64,000 bases of DNA from an uncultured Bacteroidales bacterium (GCA_963708435.1 CAVPSZ010000036.1:17884-81883), one strand, 5' to 3'. Shown: positions 20,417 through 31,095, numbered from the stretch's first letter. A program made the numbers and translations. Notes: generated by a model not told the origin, from the letters alone.

Positions 20417-20785
20417 ATGGAACATTTAACTAAGCAGACTTTTATTGAGAAAGTTTTTAATTATGAAAAGAATAAAGAGTGGCAATTTGAAGGTAACCTT
20501 CCATGTCTTATTGATTTTTATGCAGATTGGTGTGGTCCTTGTAAAATGATTGCTCCGATATTGGAAGAACTTTCAGAAGAATATAAAGGCAAAATTGAAA
20601 TTTATAAAGTCAATACTGAAGCGGAGCAAGAGCTTTCAGCTGCTTTCGGAATAAGGAGCATCCCCTCGTTGCTTTTTTGCCCTAAGGATGGAAAACCGCA
20701 GATGGCAATGGGCGCACTTCCAAAGGATGCCCTTAAAGGAGCGATCGACGATGTTTTATTAAACAAGTCTGTTGCTGCTAATTAA
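20417..20785 (+). CDS. Thioredoxin (no signal peptide), canonical WCGPC
   Basis: 122 aa with FYADWCGPCKMIAPILEEL and SIPSLLF. It lacks an N-terminal hydrophobic region. Confidence 0.85.
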   Translation: MEHLTKQTFIEKVFNYEKNKEWQFEGNLPCLIDFYADWCGPCKMIAPILEELSEEYKGKIEIYKVNTEAEQELSAAFGIRSIPSLLFCPKDGKPQMAMGALPKDALKGAIDDVLLNKSVAAN

Positions 20786-20795
20786 ATAAAACCAA

Positions 20796-20824
20796 GATCA
20801 TGAATAACAGGTTATCTCATGATC
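20796..20824 (+). terminator. Stem-loop after the thioredoxin triplet (possible terminator)
   Basis: GATCATGAATAAC / GTTAT(C)TCATGATC forms a ~13-bp stem with one bulge, 11 nt after the trx stop. The T-rich stretch is not immediately adjacent, so it is only moderately terminator-like. Confidence 0.4.
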
Positions 20825-20996
20825 CAATTTGATGATTTTTCTTTTATTGAAGTTTTCTGCGCTTCTGTTATTGCAGCAAAAATTCCTGAAGATTTGGGAC
20901 ATTCTATTATTGTTGCACCAGGTTGAAAACTTGGAAATGATGTTTTATAAAAATCATTTTTTTAGTTTAAGATGATTGTGTATTGATGGTAAAAAT

Positions 20997-21635
20997 ATGA
21001 TTGACTCATCATCTTTAATATTTTCCACCGCTTATTTACCGCCGATAGAATATATGGTATGGCTTGTAGGTTCCAAATCTATCATGATCGAAAGCCATGA
21101 AAATTATAAAAAACAATCTTACAGGAATCGGTGTGTTATTTCTACGGCCAACGGAATGCTATCATTGAGTATTCCGGTTACAAAAACATTCGGAAACCAT
21201 ACCACGGTAAAGGATGTGAAGATTGATAATTCGGAAAAATGGCAAAAACGACACTGGAGAGCGATTGAATCAGCCTATAATCAATCACCCTTTTTTTTGT
21301 TTTATAAGGATGAATTTGAGTTTTTTTTCCTTCAACGATATAAGTACTTATTTGATTTTAATACTGAGCTCCTTCAGACTTCTCTAAAATTGTTGAAAGT
21401 AAATTTGAAAATAGTATTTTCTGATTTATACATTAATTCTTATTCTGGAGCATTTTTTGATCTTCGAAATAAATTCAGTCCTAAGGTAAAATCAGATTTT
21501 GTATTACCAGAATACAGACAGGTTTTTATGGACAAACTGGGATTTTTCCCTAATCTCAGTATAATTGATTTACTTTTTAATGTTGGAAACCAATCTTCCC
21601 AATATCTACAATCAATCAAAAATCTTAAGGTTTAA
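20997..21635 (+). CDS. WbqC-family protein
   Basis: STAYLPPIEYMVWL...ESHENYKKQSYRNRCVI...LSIPV is the characteristic WbqC N-terminal signature. I prefer the ATG at 20997 over the TTG at 20976. Confidence 0.7.
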   Translation: MIDSSSLIFSTAYLPPIEYMVWLVGSKSIMIESHENYKKQSYRNRCVISTANGMLSLSIPVTKTFGNHTTVKDVKIDNSEKWQKRHWRAIESAYNQSPFFLFYKDEFEFFFLQRYKYLFDFNTELLQTSLKLLKVNLKIVFSDLYINSYSGAFFDLRNKFSPKVKSDFVLPEYRQVFMDKLGFFPNLSIIDLLFNVGNQSSQYLQSIKNLKV

Positions 21636-21652
21636 AATAAGCAAGTATTTTC

Positions 21653-21660
21653 TACTTTTG
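21653..21660 (+). promoter_or_regulatory. Bacteroidota -7 box (TACTTTTG)
   Basis: A TAnnTTTG match 30 nt upstream of the valS ATG. Confidence 0.5.
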
Positions 21661-21689
21661 CAAACCTCAATAAAACAGAGATTTTTACA

Positions 21690-24326
21690 ATGATTATTCC
21701 CAGTAAATACGATCCTTCAGTTACTGAAGAAAAATGGTATGCCTTTTGGCTGAAAAATGGATTTTTCAAAAGCAGGCCCGATGAAAGAGAACCTTATTGT
21801 ATCGTTATCCCTCCTCCGAATGTCACTGGTGTTTTGCATATGGGACACATGCTAAATAATACCATTCAGGATGTACTTGTCCGGCGAGCAAGAATGCAGG
21901 GCAAAAATACTCTTTGGTTACCAGGTACCGATCATGCTTCTATTGCTACTGAAGCAAAGGTTGTAGCAAAACTTAAAGAAGAAGGAATAGATAAGGCTGC
22001 AATTTCAAGGGAAAAGTTCCTTGAATATGCCTGGGATTGGAAAGAAAAACATGGCGGAATCATTCTTGAGCAATTAAAAAAGCTGGGGGCATCATGCGAT
22101 TGGGACCGAACCCGTTTTACAATGGATAAGGCTTTATATGAATCTGTAATTAAAGTTTTTGTGGATTTATATAACGAAGGGCTCATATACCGAGGTGTTA
22201 GAATGGTAAATTGGGATCCAAAGGCTCTTACAGCGTTATCCGATGAAGAGGTGATTTACAAAGAAGTTAAATCTAAACTATATTATATAAGGTATAAAAT
22301 TGAGTCTTCAAAGGATGATTGGGTAACAATTGCCACTACCCGGCCTGAGACTATTCTTGGGGATACTGCTGTATGTGTTAATCCAAATGATAATCGTTAT
22401 AGGCACCTTGTCGGGAAAAAGGTGCAGGTACCGTTAATAAACAGAAGTATACCAGTAATTCAGGATGATTATGTTGATATGGAATTCGGAACAGGCTGCT
22501 TAAAAATCACTCCTGCTCACGACCTCAATGATTATGAGATTGGACTCAGACACAAACTTCCGACTATTGATATTTTTAATGAAAATGGAACTCTCAGCAA
22601 GAGCGCTGAACTTTATATTGGAGAGGATCGTTTTGCAGTCAGAAAAAAAATTATAGTTGATTTGGAAAAAAATGACTTCCTTGTAAAAACAGAGGATTAT
22701 GTTAATAAAGTTGGATTTTCAGAAAGGACGGATGAAGTTATCGAGCCGAAGCTATCCCTGCAATGGTTTTTGAAAATGAAAGACCTTGCTGCACCAGCTT
22801 TAGAAACGGTAATGAATAATACTATTAAATTTCATCCCGGTAAATTCAAAAATACTTACAGGCATTGGATGGAAAACGTGAGAGATTGGTGCATATCAAG
22901 GCAATTGTGGTGGGGACAACGTATTCCTGCTTATTATCTTCCAGGTAATGAATACATTGTAGCATTATCAAAAGAGGAAGCCCTTATTATAGCAAAGCAA
23001 AAATTCAATCTGCCGAATTTAAAACTCGACGACCTCAGGCAGGATGAGGATGTTTTAGATACATGGTTTTCAAGCTGGTTATGGCCAATTTCAGTTTTTG
23101 ATGGTATTCGGAACCCTGATAATGAAGACATTAAATACTATTATCCAACAAACGACCTGGTTACTGCACCGGAAATTTTATTTTTCTGGGTGGCAAGGAT
23201 GATTATGGCCGGTTTGCATTTCAGGAAAAATATACCATTTAAAAATGTTTACCTTACCGGGATTGTGCGTGATAAAATGGGAAGAAAAATGTCGAAATCA
23301 CTTGGCAATTCCCCCGATCCCATTGATTTGATTAATAAATATGGCGCCGACGGAGTACGGGTTGGAATGTTGTTAACTTCTCCTGCTGGAAACGACTTAC
23401 CTTTCGATGAAGTGCTTTGTGAACAAGGACGGAATTTCAGTAATAAAGTTTGGAATGCGTTGAGGCTGATTAAAGGATGGGAAATAGACACCCATATCAG
23501 TCAACCTGAATACGCTTCGGTATCAATTAAATGGTTTGAAGCAAAATTAAATCAAACTATAAAAACCATTGATGATCATTATATAAAGTTCAGGATTTCA
23601 GATGCGTTAATGGCTGTTTATAAATTGGTTTGGGATGATTTCTGTTCCTGGTATCTCGAAATGATCAAACCAGGCTATCAGCAACCTATCGATAATATTA
23701 CCTATAGAAGAACATTGGATTTTTTTGAAAAATTAATGAAACTGCTTCACCCATTTATGCCATTTATTTCTGAAGAAATTTGGCATCATTTGGATGAACA
23801 TACAAATGAAAAAAGCCTGATGGTATCCCAAATGCCACACGCAGGCAGAATCGATCATCAAATTTTGTCTTCATTCGATGTTGAAAAAGAAGTTATTATT
23901 GCTATTCGTAATTTGAGAAAGATTAAAAACATACATCAAAAAGAAACCCTCGAATTATTGATCAAAAAGAATAATCAGCAAAAACCTGATCATACTTTCG
24001 ATAAAGTGATTGCCAAATTGTGCAACCTGAGCCTGATCGCATATGTTGATGAAAAGATACCAAATGCCGCCTCTTTCATTGTCAAATCAACTGAATTTTA
24101 TGTACCTGTCAGTAGTAAAGTTGATAATGAAACTGAAATAAAGAAATTACAGGATGAACTAAATTATACCAAAGGCTTTTTAAGCTCTGTTTTGAAAAAG
24201 CTTGAGAACGAACGATTTATTAATACGGCTCCATCTGAGGTAGTTGAGAAAGAACAAAAGAAAAAAGCTGACGCTGAGAACCGTATAAAAGTAATTGAAA
24301 TGCAACTTATTGATTTAAAGAGATAG
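21690..24326 (+). CDS. valS: Valine--tRNA ligase
   Basis: 878 aa. It has the class I HIGH-type motif [13 protein letters not shown], the KMSKS motif and a C-terminal coiled coil. Confidence 0.97.
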   Translation: MIIPSKYDPSVTEEKWYAFWLKNGFFKSRPDEREPYCIVIPPPNVTGVLHMGHMLNNTIQDVLVRRARMQGKNTLWLPGTDHASIATEAKVVAKLKEEGIDKAAISREKFLEYAWDWKEKHGGIILEQLKKLGASCDWDRTRFTMDKALYESVIKVFVDLYNEGLIYRGVRMVNWDPKALTALSDEEVIYKEVKSKLYYIRYKIESSKDDWVTIATTRPETILGDTAVCVNPNDNRYRHLVGKKVQVPLINRSIPVIQDDYVDMEFGTGCLKITPAHDLNDYEIGLRHKLPTIDIFNENGTLSKSAELYIGEDRFAVRKKIIVDLEKNDFLVKTEDYVNKVGFSERTDEVIEPKLSLQWFLKMKDLAAPALETVMNNTIKFHPGKFKNTYRHWMENVRDWCISRQLWWGQRIPAYYLPGNEYIVALSKEEALIIAKQKFNLPNLKLDDLRQDEDVLDTWFSSWLWPISVFDGIRNPDNEDIKYYYPTNDLVTAPEILFFWVARMIMAGLHFRKNIPFKNVYLTGIVRDKMGRKMSKSLGNSPDPIDLINKYGADGVRVGMLLTSPAGNDLPFDEVLCEQGRNFSNKVWNALRLIKGWEIDTHISQPEYASVSIKWFEAKLNQTIKTIDDHYIKFRISDALMAVYKLVWDDFCSWYLEMIKPGYQQPIDNITYRRTLDFFEKLMKLLHPFMPFISEEIWHHLDEHTNEKSLMVSQMPHAGRIDHQILSSFDVEKEVIIAIRNLRKIKNIHQKETLELLIKKNNQQKPDHTFDKVIAKLCNLSLIAYVDEKIPNAASFIVKSTEFYVPVSSKVDNETEIKKLQDELNYTKGFLSSVLKKLENERFINTAPSEVVEKEQKKKADAENRIKVIEMQLIDLKR

Positions 24327-24450
24327 ATTCTTTATAAATAAAGTTTTCTTCAAAAAAAAAATTTTCAAAAAAAAACTCCCAATTTGAAATATTTGTTTTA
24401 TTTTTGAAAAGTTATTCTAATTTTGTAGTTAATTTTAAATTAGAGAATTT

Positions 24451-24597
24451 ATGAAAAAGAGAAGAATGATTGCCATATTCATGGCAACGATGTTCCTTGG
24501 AATTACATTAAACGTGTTCTCAAATGCGAGCACAAGTAATTCGGGACCGGTTACCGGATCAGGAGGGGACATTACCACTCTTTCATCTGAGATGTGA
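24451..24597 (+). CDS. Possible small secreted peptide (48 aa); not in the ORF track
   Basis: ATG..TGA encodes MKKRRMIAIFMATMFLGITLNVFSNA|STSNSGPVTGSGGDITTLSSEM. This is a basic n-region, a hydrophobic core, an AxA-like site, then a Ser/Gly/Thr-rich 22-mer. It lies in an AT-rich gap upstream of the TPR-CHAT gene. There is no homology support. Confidence 0.25.
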   Translation: MKKRRMIAIFMATMFLGITLNVFSNASTSNSGPVTGSGGDITTLSSEM

Positions 24598-24963
24598 ATG
24601 GGGTATTCGTGCCTGAATGATTTTCGTAAATTTATCGCAAAGAATAATTTTAAAGGATATCGCTTGGTTGATTTTAAAGTTATTCTTTGTTTTTTTGATT
24701 TAAGCCCTACAGAATTTCATAATAATTTAAAGAGGATTATTTCAGAGTTAAGAAAGTTTCATTGTTTTGGAATTTTCTTTTATATTGAATTTATTAATCG
24801 AACTTTAAAATAATTTAGAAAGATATAAGAATAATCCCTTCCCTGGCAAACTTTAAATCCGTTATTTTACTAATAACAAATTAAATAGAATTCCGTATAC
24901 TTGTAATTGCGTATCAATATTCAAGGTGTATTCTTTGAAATTGTTATGATTTTAAAGATGATT

Positions 24964-27900
24964 ATGAAAATAATTGCCACAATTTTGTGCCTGCTGTTAA
25001 TGAATAGCACCTCCTATTGTCTCAATGATAATGCTGAGCATATTGAGAGTTCCACAGATCTTATCTTGAGAAAAGCAGATTCACTAATGAAGGTTTCAAG
25101 CTATGATTCAGCAATTTTTTTATACAGGAAAACTTGTTTACTAAATGAAAGGACCGAAAACTGGGATGCTATTTTTAACTGTAACCTGCAAATAGCGCAA
25201 TGTTTTCAAATCAAAGGAAATTTTGATTCGACTTTTTTTTATTTAAATAATTCTAAAAAAGTATTAGGAAAGGTTGTAACTCCAAAATCAAATATGGTTT
25301 GTACATATTATTATTTGATGGGATCAACCTTTATTAAAATAGCAAAAATAGACAGCGCGGTCTACTATCTTAAAAAATCCATTGATCTTTTTTCAAACGA
25401 AGTAACTGATAGTTTGCAGGTTCTGGTAATAAGAACTCTTGGTAATGCAAATTATTCGCAAGGGAAATATAATGATGCTCTGTTATTATATAAAGAAGCG
25501 CTTAATAAGGAGCTTAAAAGGAAAGGTTCATCAGAAATTATCCTTGCTGCAATTTTTCAGAACATTGGTATTATCTATTCAACTTTTGGGGAGTACGATT
25601 CAGCCCAAATGTATTTAAATAAGTCAATTGATATAAAAGAACAATTTCTAGACAATAATGATCCTCAGCTAGCACTAGGTTATCTTAATTATGGCCGTTT
25701 TCTTTATATTATTGGTTATTCAGATGAAGCAATCTCTTATTTGTCAAAAGCAGAAAATATTTATATTTCAAACTATGGAATTGATTATTCTGGTTTAGCT
25801 CCAATATATTTCAATAAAGGTTCAATTTTAATATCACAAAGGGATTTTAATAAAGCTCTTAATTATCATGAGAGGGCACTTGAGTTATATTTGAATAGTC
25901 CTTTGAAAAATAGTTCGGTAATAATTGATATCACCATGAATATGGGTGTTATTTATGAGCAAAAAAAAGAATTTGAAAAAGCAATCTACTATTTCAAAGA
26001 AAGTTTAGCTGAAACAAGCAACTCAGAGTCCAAAATAAAATCATTAAGAAGTCTGGCAAGATGTTATCAATATCAATAGAGACTATTTTAATTGCTGAGA
26101 TATATTTTAAAATGGCCGTTGATAAATCAGAAGAATTATTTGGTAAAGACCATAATTTAACTGCAGGAAGTTATATAGCTTATGGAGATTATTTAGCATC
26201 AATAAATAATTTTAAAAGTGCTAAGGAATATTTATATGAGGCATATAAAATAAGGTCAAAAAAATTTGGTATTAAGAATAGTCAGGTATCCCTGTTATTA
26301 TCACAGATGGGTGATTTATATAGTAAATTAAATGAATATGGAAAGGCTTTAGAATATTACCAGGAAGCTATAATAGCAATATCAAAAGATTTTATTGACA
26401 AGAACAAGGAGAAGAATCCTCCATTAAATGATTTGAATCCGGAATTCAACAATTTTACTTTACTATACAAAAAAGCATATGCGTTGTATGATTACTACAC
26501 GAAATACTCCAACGACCATAAGGATCTTATAAGTAGCTATGAAACTGGCAAATTGGCAATTGAATTGTTTGAAAAAATTCTTGCAACTTATCGGGATGAT
26601 GAAACAAAGATTTTAGTAAATGATTACATTTATGATATTTATAACCTTATAGTCCTGATTGCAGCTGATCTTTACAGTTATTATGGGGATCAAGGTTATT
26701 TAAATTCAGCTTTTGAATACACTGAAAAGAGCAAATCAGCAATTCTATTGTCTTCAATAAGAGGTTTAGAAGCGATTGAAATAGGAACAATTCCCGATGT
26801 TGTTAGGAAAAAAGAACTAGAACTGAAAAAGCAGCTATCACTTTTGAGCACTTTAATTAACGATGAAAATCAAAAAAGTCAGCCAGACAGTCTTAAAATT
26901 TCGGCCTGGAAAAAAAGAATCTTTACCCGGAATCTCAGTTATGACAGTCTTATGACAAACATAAAGCAAAAGTATCCAGACTATTATAAATTAAAATATG
27001 ATGCCGAGGTAATTAGTTGTGAAGAGATTGAAACCAGACTTAAAAGAGATGAGATTCTTATTGAATACAAGTTAATCGATTCATTGCTCATGATTTTTTC
27101 TATAAGTCAAAAGGGGATAAGTCTGGAAAAAATAATACTTGATAATGAATTCAATCAGAATTTAATGAGTTTTATAGAGTCGATAAATCGGTTTCCTTCA
27201 GAATCTTTTAAGAAAGAAGACTATGTCGAGTTTATTTATAGGGCAAATGATCTTTTTCAGACGTTATTGAATCCTGTTTTTCAGACAAAGGGTTTCAAGA
27301 AAATAATTGTTATTCCGGATAATATTCTTGGTTATCTGCCATTCGAAGTATTAATAGATAATTATGAGGTGCCTTCCACTATCGATTTCAGGAACCTTAA
27401 TTATTTGATCAAGTCTTATACTATCTCCTATGCATATTCAAGTACACTTTTATTTAAGCATTTTACTCAGAATAAAATAAATTCAAGATTATTGGCTGTA
27501 GCACCTACTTACAAAAATAAGGATATTGGAAATGGAACAGAATCTTTTGCAGGTGAAAGAAACATGGTCGATAATTTGAAATCTTTGACATATTCGCTGG
27601 ATGAAGTCAACAATATTATTTCCCTAATTAAAGGAAAAATATTGTCGGGTGATGATGCAACCGAAAATAACTTTAAAAAGGATGCTGGCAATTTTGGAAT
27701 TCTTCACCTGGCAATGCACACCCTGATTAATGATTCAGATCCTTTAGCTTCAAAACTCGTATTTACTTTAGATAATGATACAGCTGAAGATGGTTTTTTA
27801 AATGCTTATGAGGTCTATAATTTAAAGTTAAATGCAGCATTGGCAGTTTTAAGTGCCTGCAAAACAGGTGCTGGAAAATTCAGCAGGGGAGAAGGGATAA

Positions 27901-28244
27901 TGAGTATTGCCAGAGGGTTTCTTTATGCCGGGGTGCATTCTGTAGTTATGACTCTATGGGAAGTTGAGGACGCGTCAGGATCAGAGATTATGTATCATTT
28001 TTATAAAAATCTGAAAACCGGAGCGGAAACCGATATTGCTCTTAAAGATGCTAAGTTATCTTATCTTGAATCCGCTGATCCATTGCAATCACATCCTTAT
28101 TTCTGGGCTGCTTACGTTCAAATAGGCAAGACGGATCCTATTCTTGATAGCACCCGCAGTAGAATAATTATAATTTCAATATCAGTAATTGCTGTAATCT
28201 TGATTGGATTATATCTCAGGAAATATTACAGAAAAAAAGTATGA
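24964..28244 (+). pseudogene. TPR-repeat CHAT-domain (caspase-like) protease with an N-terminal signal/anchor and a C-terminal TM helix; split by one frameshift
   Basis: ORFs 24907-26079 and 26061-28244 are continuous TPR repeats. They join if one A is added near 26075 (..RCYQYQ-IETILIAEIYFKMAV..). The CHAT His and Cys contexts are ILHLAMHT and AVLSACKTGAG. The C-terminal TM is IIIISISVIAVILIGLYL followed by RKYYRKKV. The start could be the ATG at 24946, 24958 or 24964. Confidence 0.8.
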
Positions 28245-28247
28245 AGA

Positions 28248-28988
28248 TTAGTTGAGATATTTGATTATTTCATTAGCCTGTGCTGAATAAAAACCACCAC
28301 CCAGGTTTATCTTTGTAAATTGATTTATTGCTTTGTTTTTTTGATTATCCATCATATAAATCAATCCAAGGTACCAGTCTGCTTGCTCAACAAAAAGATT
28401 ATTGTTATCATTAATAATAAAGGAGAATGCTTCTGATGCCTTATCATATTGCTGCAATTCAATGTAACAAATACCGGAATAAAACTTAGATGTGATTTGA
28501 TTCTCGATTTTACTAAATTCCATTAAGGCATTATTATAATCATTTTCTTTGTAAAACTCAAATGCTTTGCCCAATGCATCATCATTATTTGCATCGACCG
28601 ACCTTATCTGTAGAATAGGATGTGCGGGTTTATAATATTTTAATACCAATTTTTCAGTAGAATAGGGTTTGTTAGATAGAATATACCATAATCCACCAAC
28701 AACAAGAATTAAGGCAAAGGAAGCAGCTGCCATGTGCCAGGTCCTGAGCAAATCTTTCCCCAGATTGATGATGGGATTATTACTATCAATATTATTTAAC
28801 TGGATCGAAAGTTTATCGTGTAATTCAAAAAATCCTTTGTCTCTAATCAGTTGATTAATTTCAAGCCTGAATTTTAATTCCTTTGAGAGGTCATTGTTTT
28901 CCTCTAATTCCTTAAGGAATGATTTTAACTCATTGTCTCCAAGATGTCCATCAAGAAAATTTTCTAATTTCAAATTCGAGTTTTCCAT
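28248..28988 (-). CDS. Single-pass membrane TPR protein, anti-sigma-factor-like
   Basis: The N-terminus ENFLDGHLGDNELKSFLKELEENNDLSKE is the pattern commonly found directly downstream of Bacteroidota ECF sigma genes. It has a TM helix (AASFALILVVGGLWYIL) and C-terminal TPR-like helices. It lies 16 bp downstream of the sigma gene. Confidence 0.55.
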   Translation of the reverse strand: MENSNLKLENFLDGHLGDNELKSFLKELEENNDLSKELKFRLEINQLIRDKGFFELHDKLSIQLNNIDSNNPIINLGKDLLRTWHMAAASFALILVVGGLWYILSNKPYSTEKLVLKYYKPAHPILQIRSVDANNDDALGKAFEFYKENDYNNALMEFSKIENQITSKFYSGICYIELQQYDKASEAFSFIINDNNNLFVEQADWYLGLIYMMDNQKNKAINQFTKINLGGGFYSAQANEIIKYLN

Positions 28989-29004
28989 TTTTCTATATCT
29001 TAAA

Positions 29005-29574
29005 TTAATTTATAATTTCTTTAAATCTCGGATCACTTTTTATGCTAGCGACAAGTTTTTCCTTGCATTGATGTTTTCTTTTTTTTACATACTGATCACT
29101 TCTATATCCCAGCACTCTTGCAATCTCTTTTATATGAATTTTTGCCAAAAACATTTCAAGTATTTTTTGACAATTATAACTTAATTTGTTAAAATGCTCT
29201 TTGTACAGCTTAAATCTTTCATTGGCCTCATAATAACTCAGAACATCATCATCTAATTCGACAAATTTGTCTGACTCATCAAGAAAATCTTTTCTAAGTT
29301 TCTTTTTTTCGAGTTGTTTCAGCCAAAGCAGCCTGCAAACAGAGTATAAATAAGTATTAAAAGAACAATTTAGTGTCAGGTCTTCTTTCTTTGTCTTCTG
29401 ATAGATTACCAAAATCGCATCCTGATAAACATCTTTGGCATCCTCTTCAGTTCCATCATTTTTGCTGATAAAAGCACTTATCTGATGGAAATAATTTTTG
29501 TAAATAAATTCCAGAACGCTTGTATTCCTATTTCGAAGCCCTTCTAATATTTCTCCTACCCTAAATTCCTGCAC
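29005..29574 (-). CDS. ECF-type sigma-70 family RNA polymerase sigma factor
   Basis: 189 aa. The region 2 context is EDAKDVYQDAILVIYQK...FNTYLYSVCRLLW. The region 4 helix-turn-helix is IKEIARVLGYRSDQYVKKRKHQCKEKL. The start is non-ATG (GTG at 29574 or TTG at 29580). Confidence 0.85.
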   Translation of the reverse strand: MQEFRVGEILEGLRNRNTSVLEFIYKNYFHQISAFISKNDGTEEDAKDVYQDAILVIYQKTKKEDLTLNCSFNTYLYSVCRLLWLKQLEKKKLRKDFLDESDKFVELDDDVLSYYEANERFKLYKEHFNKLSYNCQKILEMFLAKIHIKEIARVLGYRSDQYVKKRKHQCKEKLVASIKSDPRFKEIIN

Positions 29575-29931
29575 TTTTCAATGATTAATTCCAATTATTG
29601 TTAAAAGGTTACCCTCATTTTTAAAATTATTTTCAATTATTTTTTTAGTATTAGATAATCAATAAGTTAAAAGGTTCCATTAAGTGTTTTATTTTTCTTA
29701 ACCAAATGAAAACGAGCAATCCAAAAATCTTTAAATAGAACTTTTTAATGGCTACCATTCAAATAATATGAAAAAATGCTAGCGTTTATAATGTCTTTAT
29801 TTTATACGTTGATATCATTATTAGGTTTTACTAAGTTTATAAAAAACTTGTGAAAAATGATCATATAAGGAAGGTGTTTAAACATGATTTTATCTTGAGG
29901 GTGCAAAATAAAATTGACCCTGGCTATAATA

Positions 29932-31095
29932 TCATTTCCATTTTCCATGTATGATTGATCCACAGCTTTTACACTTCCCATCCGCAATATTCAAGTCGTT
30001 TATTTGAAATCCCTTTCTTTCAATTACAATCCTGTGGCAATTTGGACAATAGGTATTTTGCGCATCGGTGCCGGGAACGTTACCGATATAAACATAATCA
30101 ATACCAGCGGAGATGGCTATTTTTCTGGCCTGCTCCAAAGTAGAAAGGGGTGTGGCAGGCACATTTAATAGTTTGTACATCGGCTGAAATCTAAGGAAAT
30201 GAAAAGGAGTACTTTTAAATCCATTTTCAACCATCCAGTCACACATTTGTTTAATCATCTCCATGTTGTCGGTCCAGGTTGGAATAATAAGATTTGATAT
30301 TTCAAGCCATACTCCTTCTTCCTTAAATATTTTCAGGGAATTTAAAATCGGTTCAAGTTTACCCGCATTCAGCATTTCATAAGTTTCATTTGAAAATGAT
30401 TTTATGTCAATGGTAGCGGCATCTATAAACTTGCACCATTCTCTTAAGGGTTTTTCATTAATGTAGCCTGCAGATACAACTACATTACTGACACCCTTAT
30501 TGCGGGCTATAATAGCAGTATCCAAGGTGTATTCATAATAGGCAACAGGATCAGAGTATGTGTAAGCAATTGATTTGCAGTTATTGCTCAAGCTTTCTTC
30601 TACAACTTTTAACGGTGGCAGGTCATAATTCCGGGTCTTCGCCGGGCTTGTCTGTGATATTTCCCAATTCTGGCAATTAAGGCAGGCCAGATTGCAACCT
30701 GCTGTGGCAATTGAATATGAATCAGTGCCCGGTAAAAAATGATAAAATGGTTTTTTTTCAATAGGATCGATGTGTATAGCGCATGGATTTCCATAAGCAA
30801 TGCACATTAGTCTGTTATCATTATTTATCCTTGTGCGACACTCTCCTTCTTCATTTTCCAACATTTTGCATTCATTCGGACATAACAGGCATTTCAACCC
30901 TTTTGGAGTATTAATATAATATTTGGCTTCCACACCCTGATTCTCAGGTACAAAAGGTGAGTTTCCAGGCGAGATTTTCTTTTTATATTTATTAATTGGA
31001 AATAAATTATCAGAAATAAGACAGCCACCTGCAACTCCAACGCCTAAAATGCTCTTTTTTAGAAATTCACGCTTTGAGATAGTTTTGTTTTCCAT
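29932..31095 (-). CDS. AmmeMemoRadiSam-system radical SAM enzyme with a Tat-like/lipoprotein-like N-terminus
   Basis: The radical SAM cluster motif is CNLACLNCQNWEIS. The overall layout is that of the pyruvate-formate-lyase-activase-like AmmeMemoRadiSam rSAM family. The N-terminus is SKREFLKKSILGVGVAGGC, which is Tat-like (S-K-R-x-F-L-K) plus an AGGC lipobox. Confidence 0.8.
   Translation of the reverse strand: MENKTISKREFLKKSILGVGVAGGCLISDNLFPINKYKKKISPGNSPFVPENQGVEAKYYINTPKGLKCLLCPNECKMLENEEGECRTRINNDNRLMCIAYGNPCAIHIDPIEKKPFYHFLPGTDSYSIATAGCNLACLNCQNWEISQTSPAKTRNYDLPPLKVVEESLSNNCKSIAYTYSDPVAYYEYTLDTAIIARNKGVSNVVVSAGYINEKPLREWCKFIDAATIDIKSFSNETYEMLNAGKLEPILNSLKIFKEEGVWLEISNLIIPTWTDNMEMIKQMCDWMVENGFKSTPFHFLRFQPMYKLLNVPATPLSTLEQARKIAISAGIDYVYIGNVPGTDAQNTYCPNCHRIVIERKGFQINDLNIADGKCKSCGSIIHGKWK

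Noticed and set aside
24340-24450. Runs such as AAAAAAAAAATTTTCAAAAAAAAA after valS looked at first like a repeat array.
   Set aside because: These are simple homopolymer or AT-rich tracts with no repeat-spacer periodicity. I found no CRISPR-like array anywhere in the window.
24598-24813. A 71-aa ORF (MGYSCLNDFRKF...) in the AT-rich gap before the CHAT gene.
   Set aside because: It has no signal, domain or compositional resemblance to real proteins. It is Phe/Ile/Asn/Lys-rich, as expected from random AT-rich DNA.
29802-29987. A 61-aa ORF overlapping the 3' end of the radical SAM gene.
   Set aside because: It lies in the same region as the conserved C-terminus of the rSAM enzyme and the AT-rich spacer. 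It has no features of a real gene.
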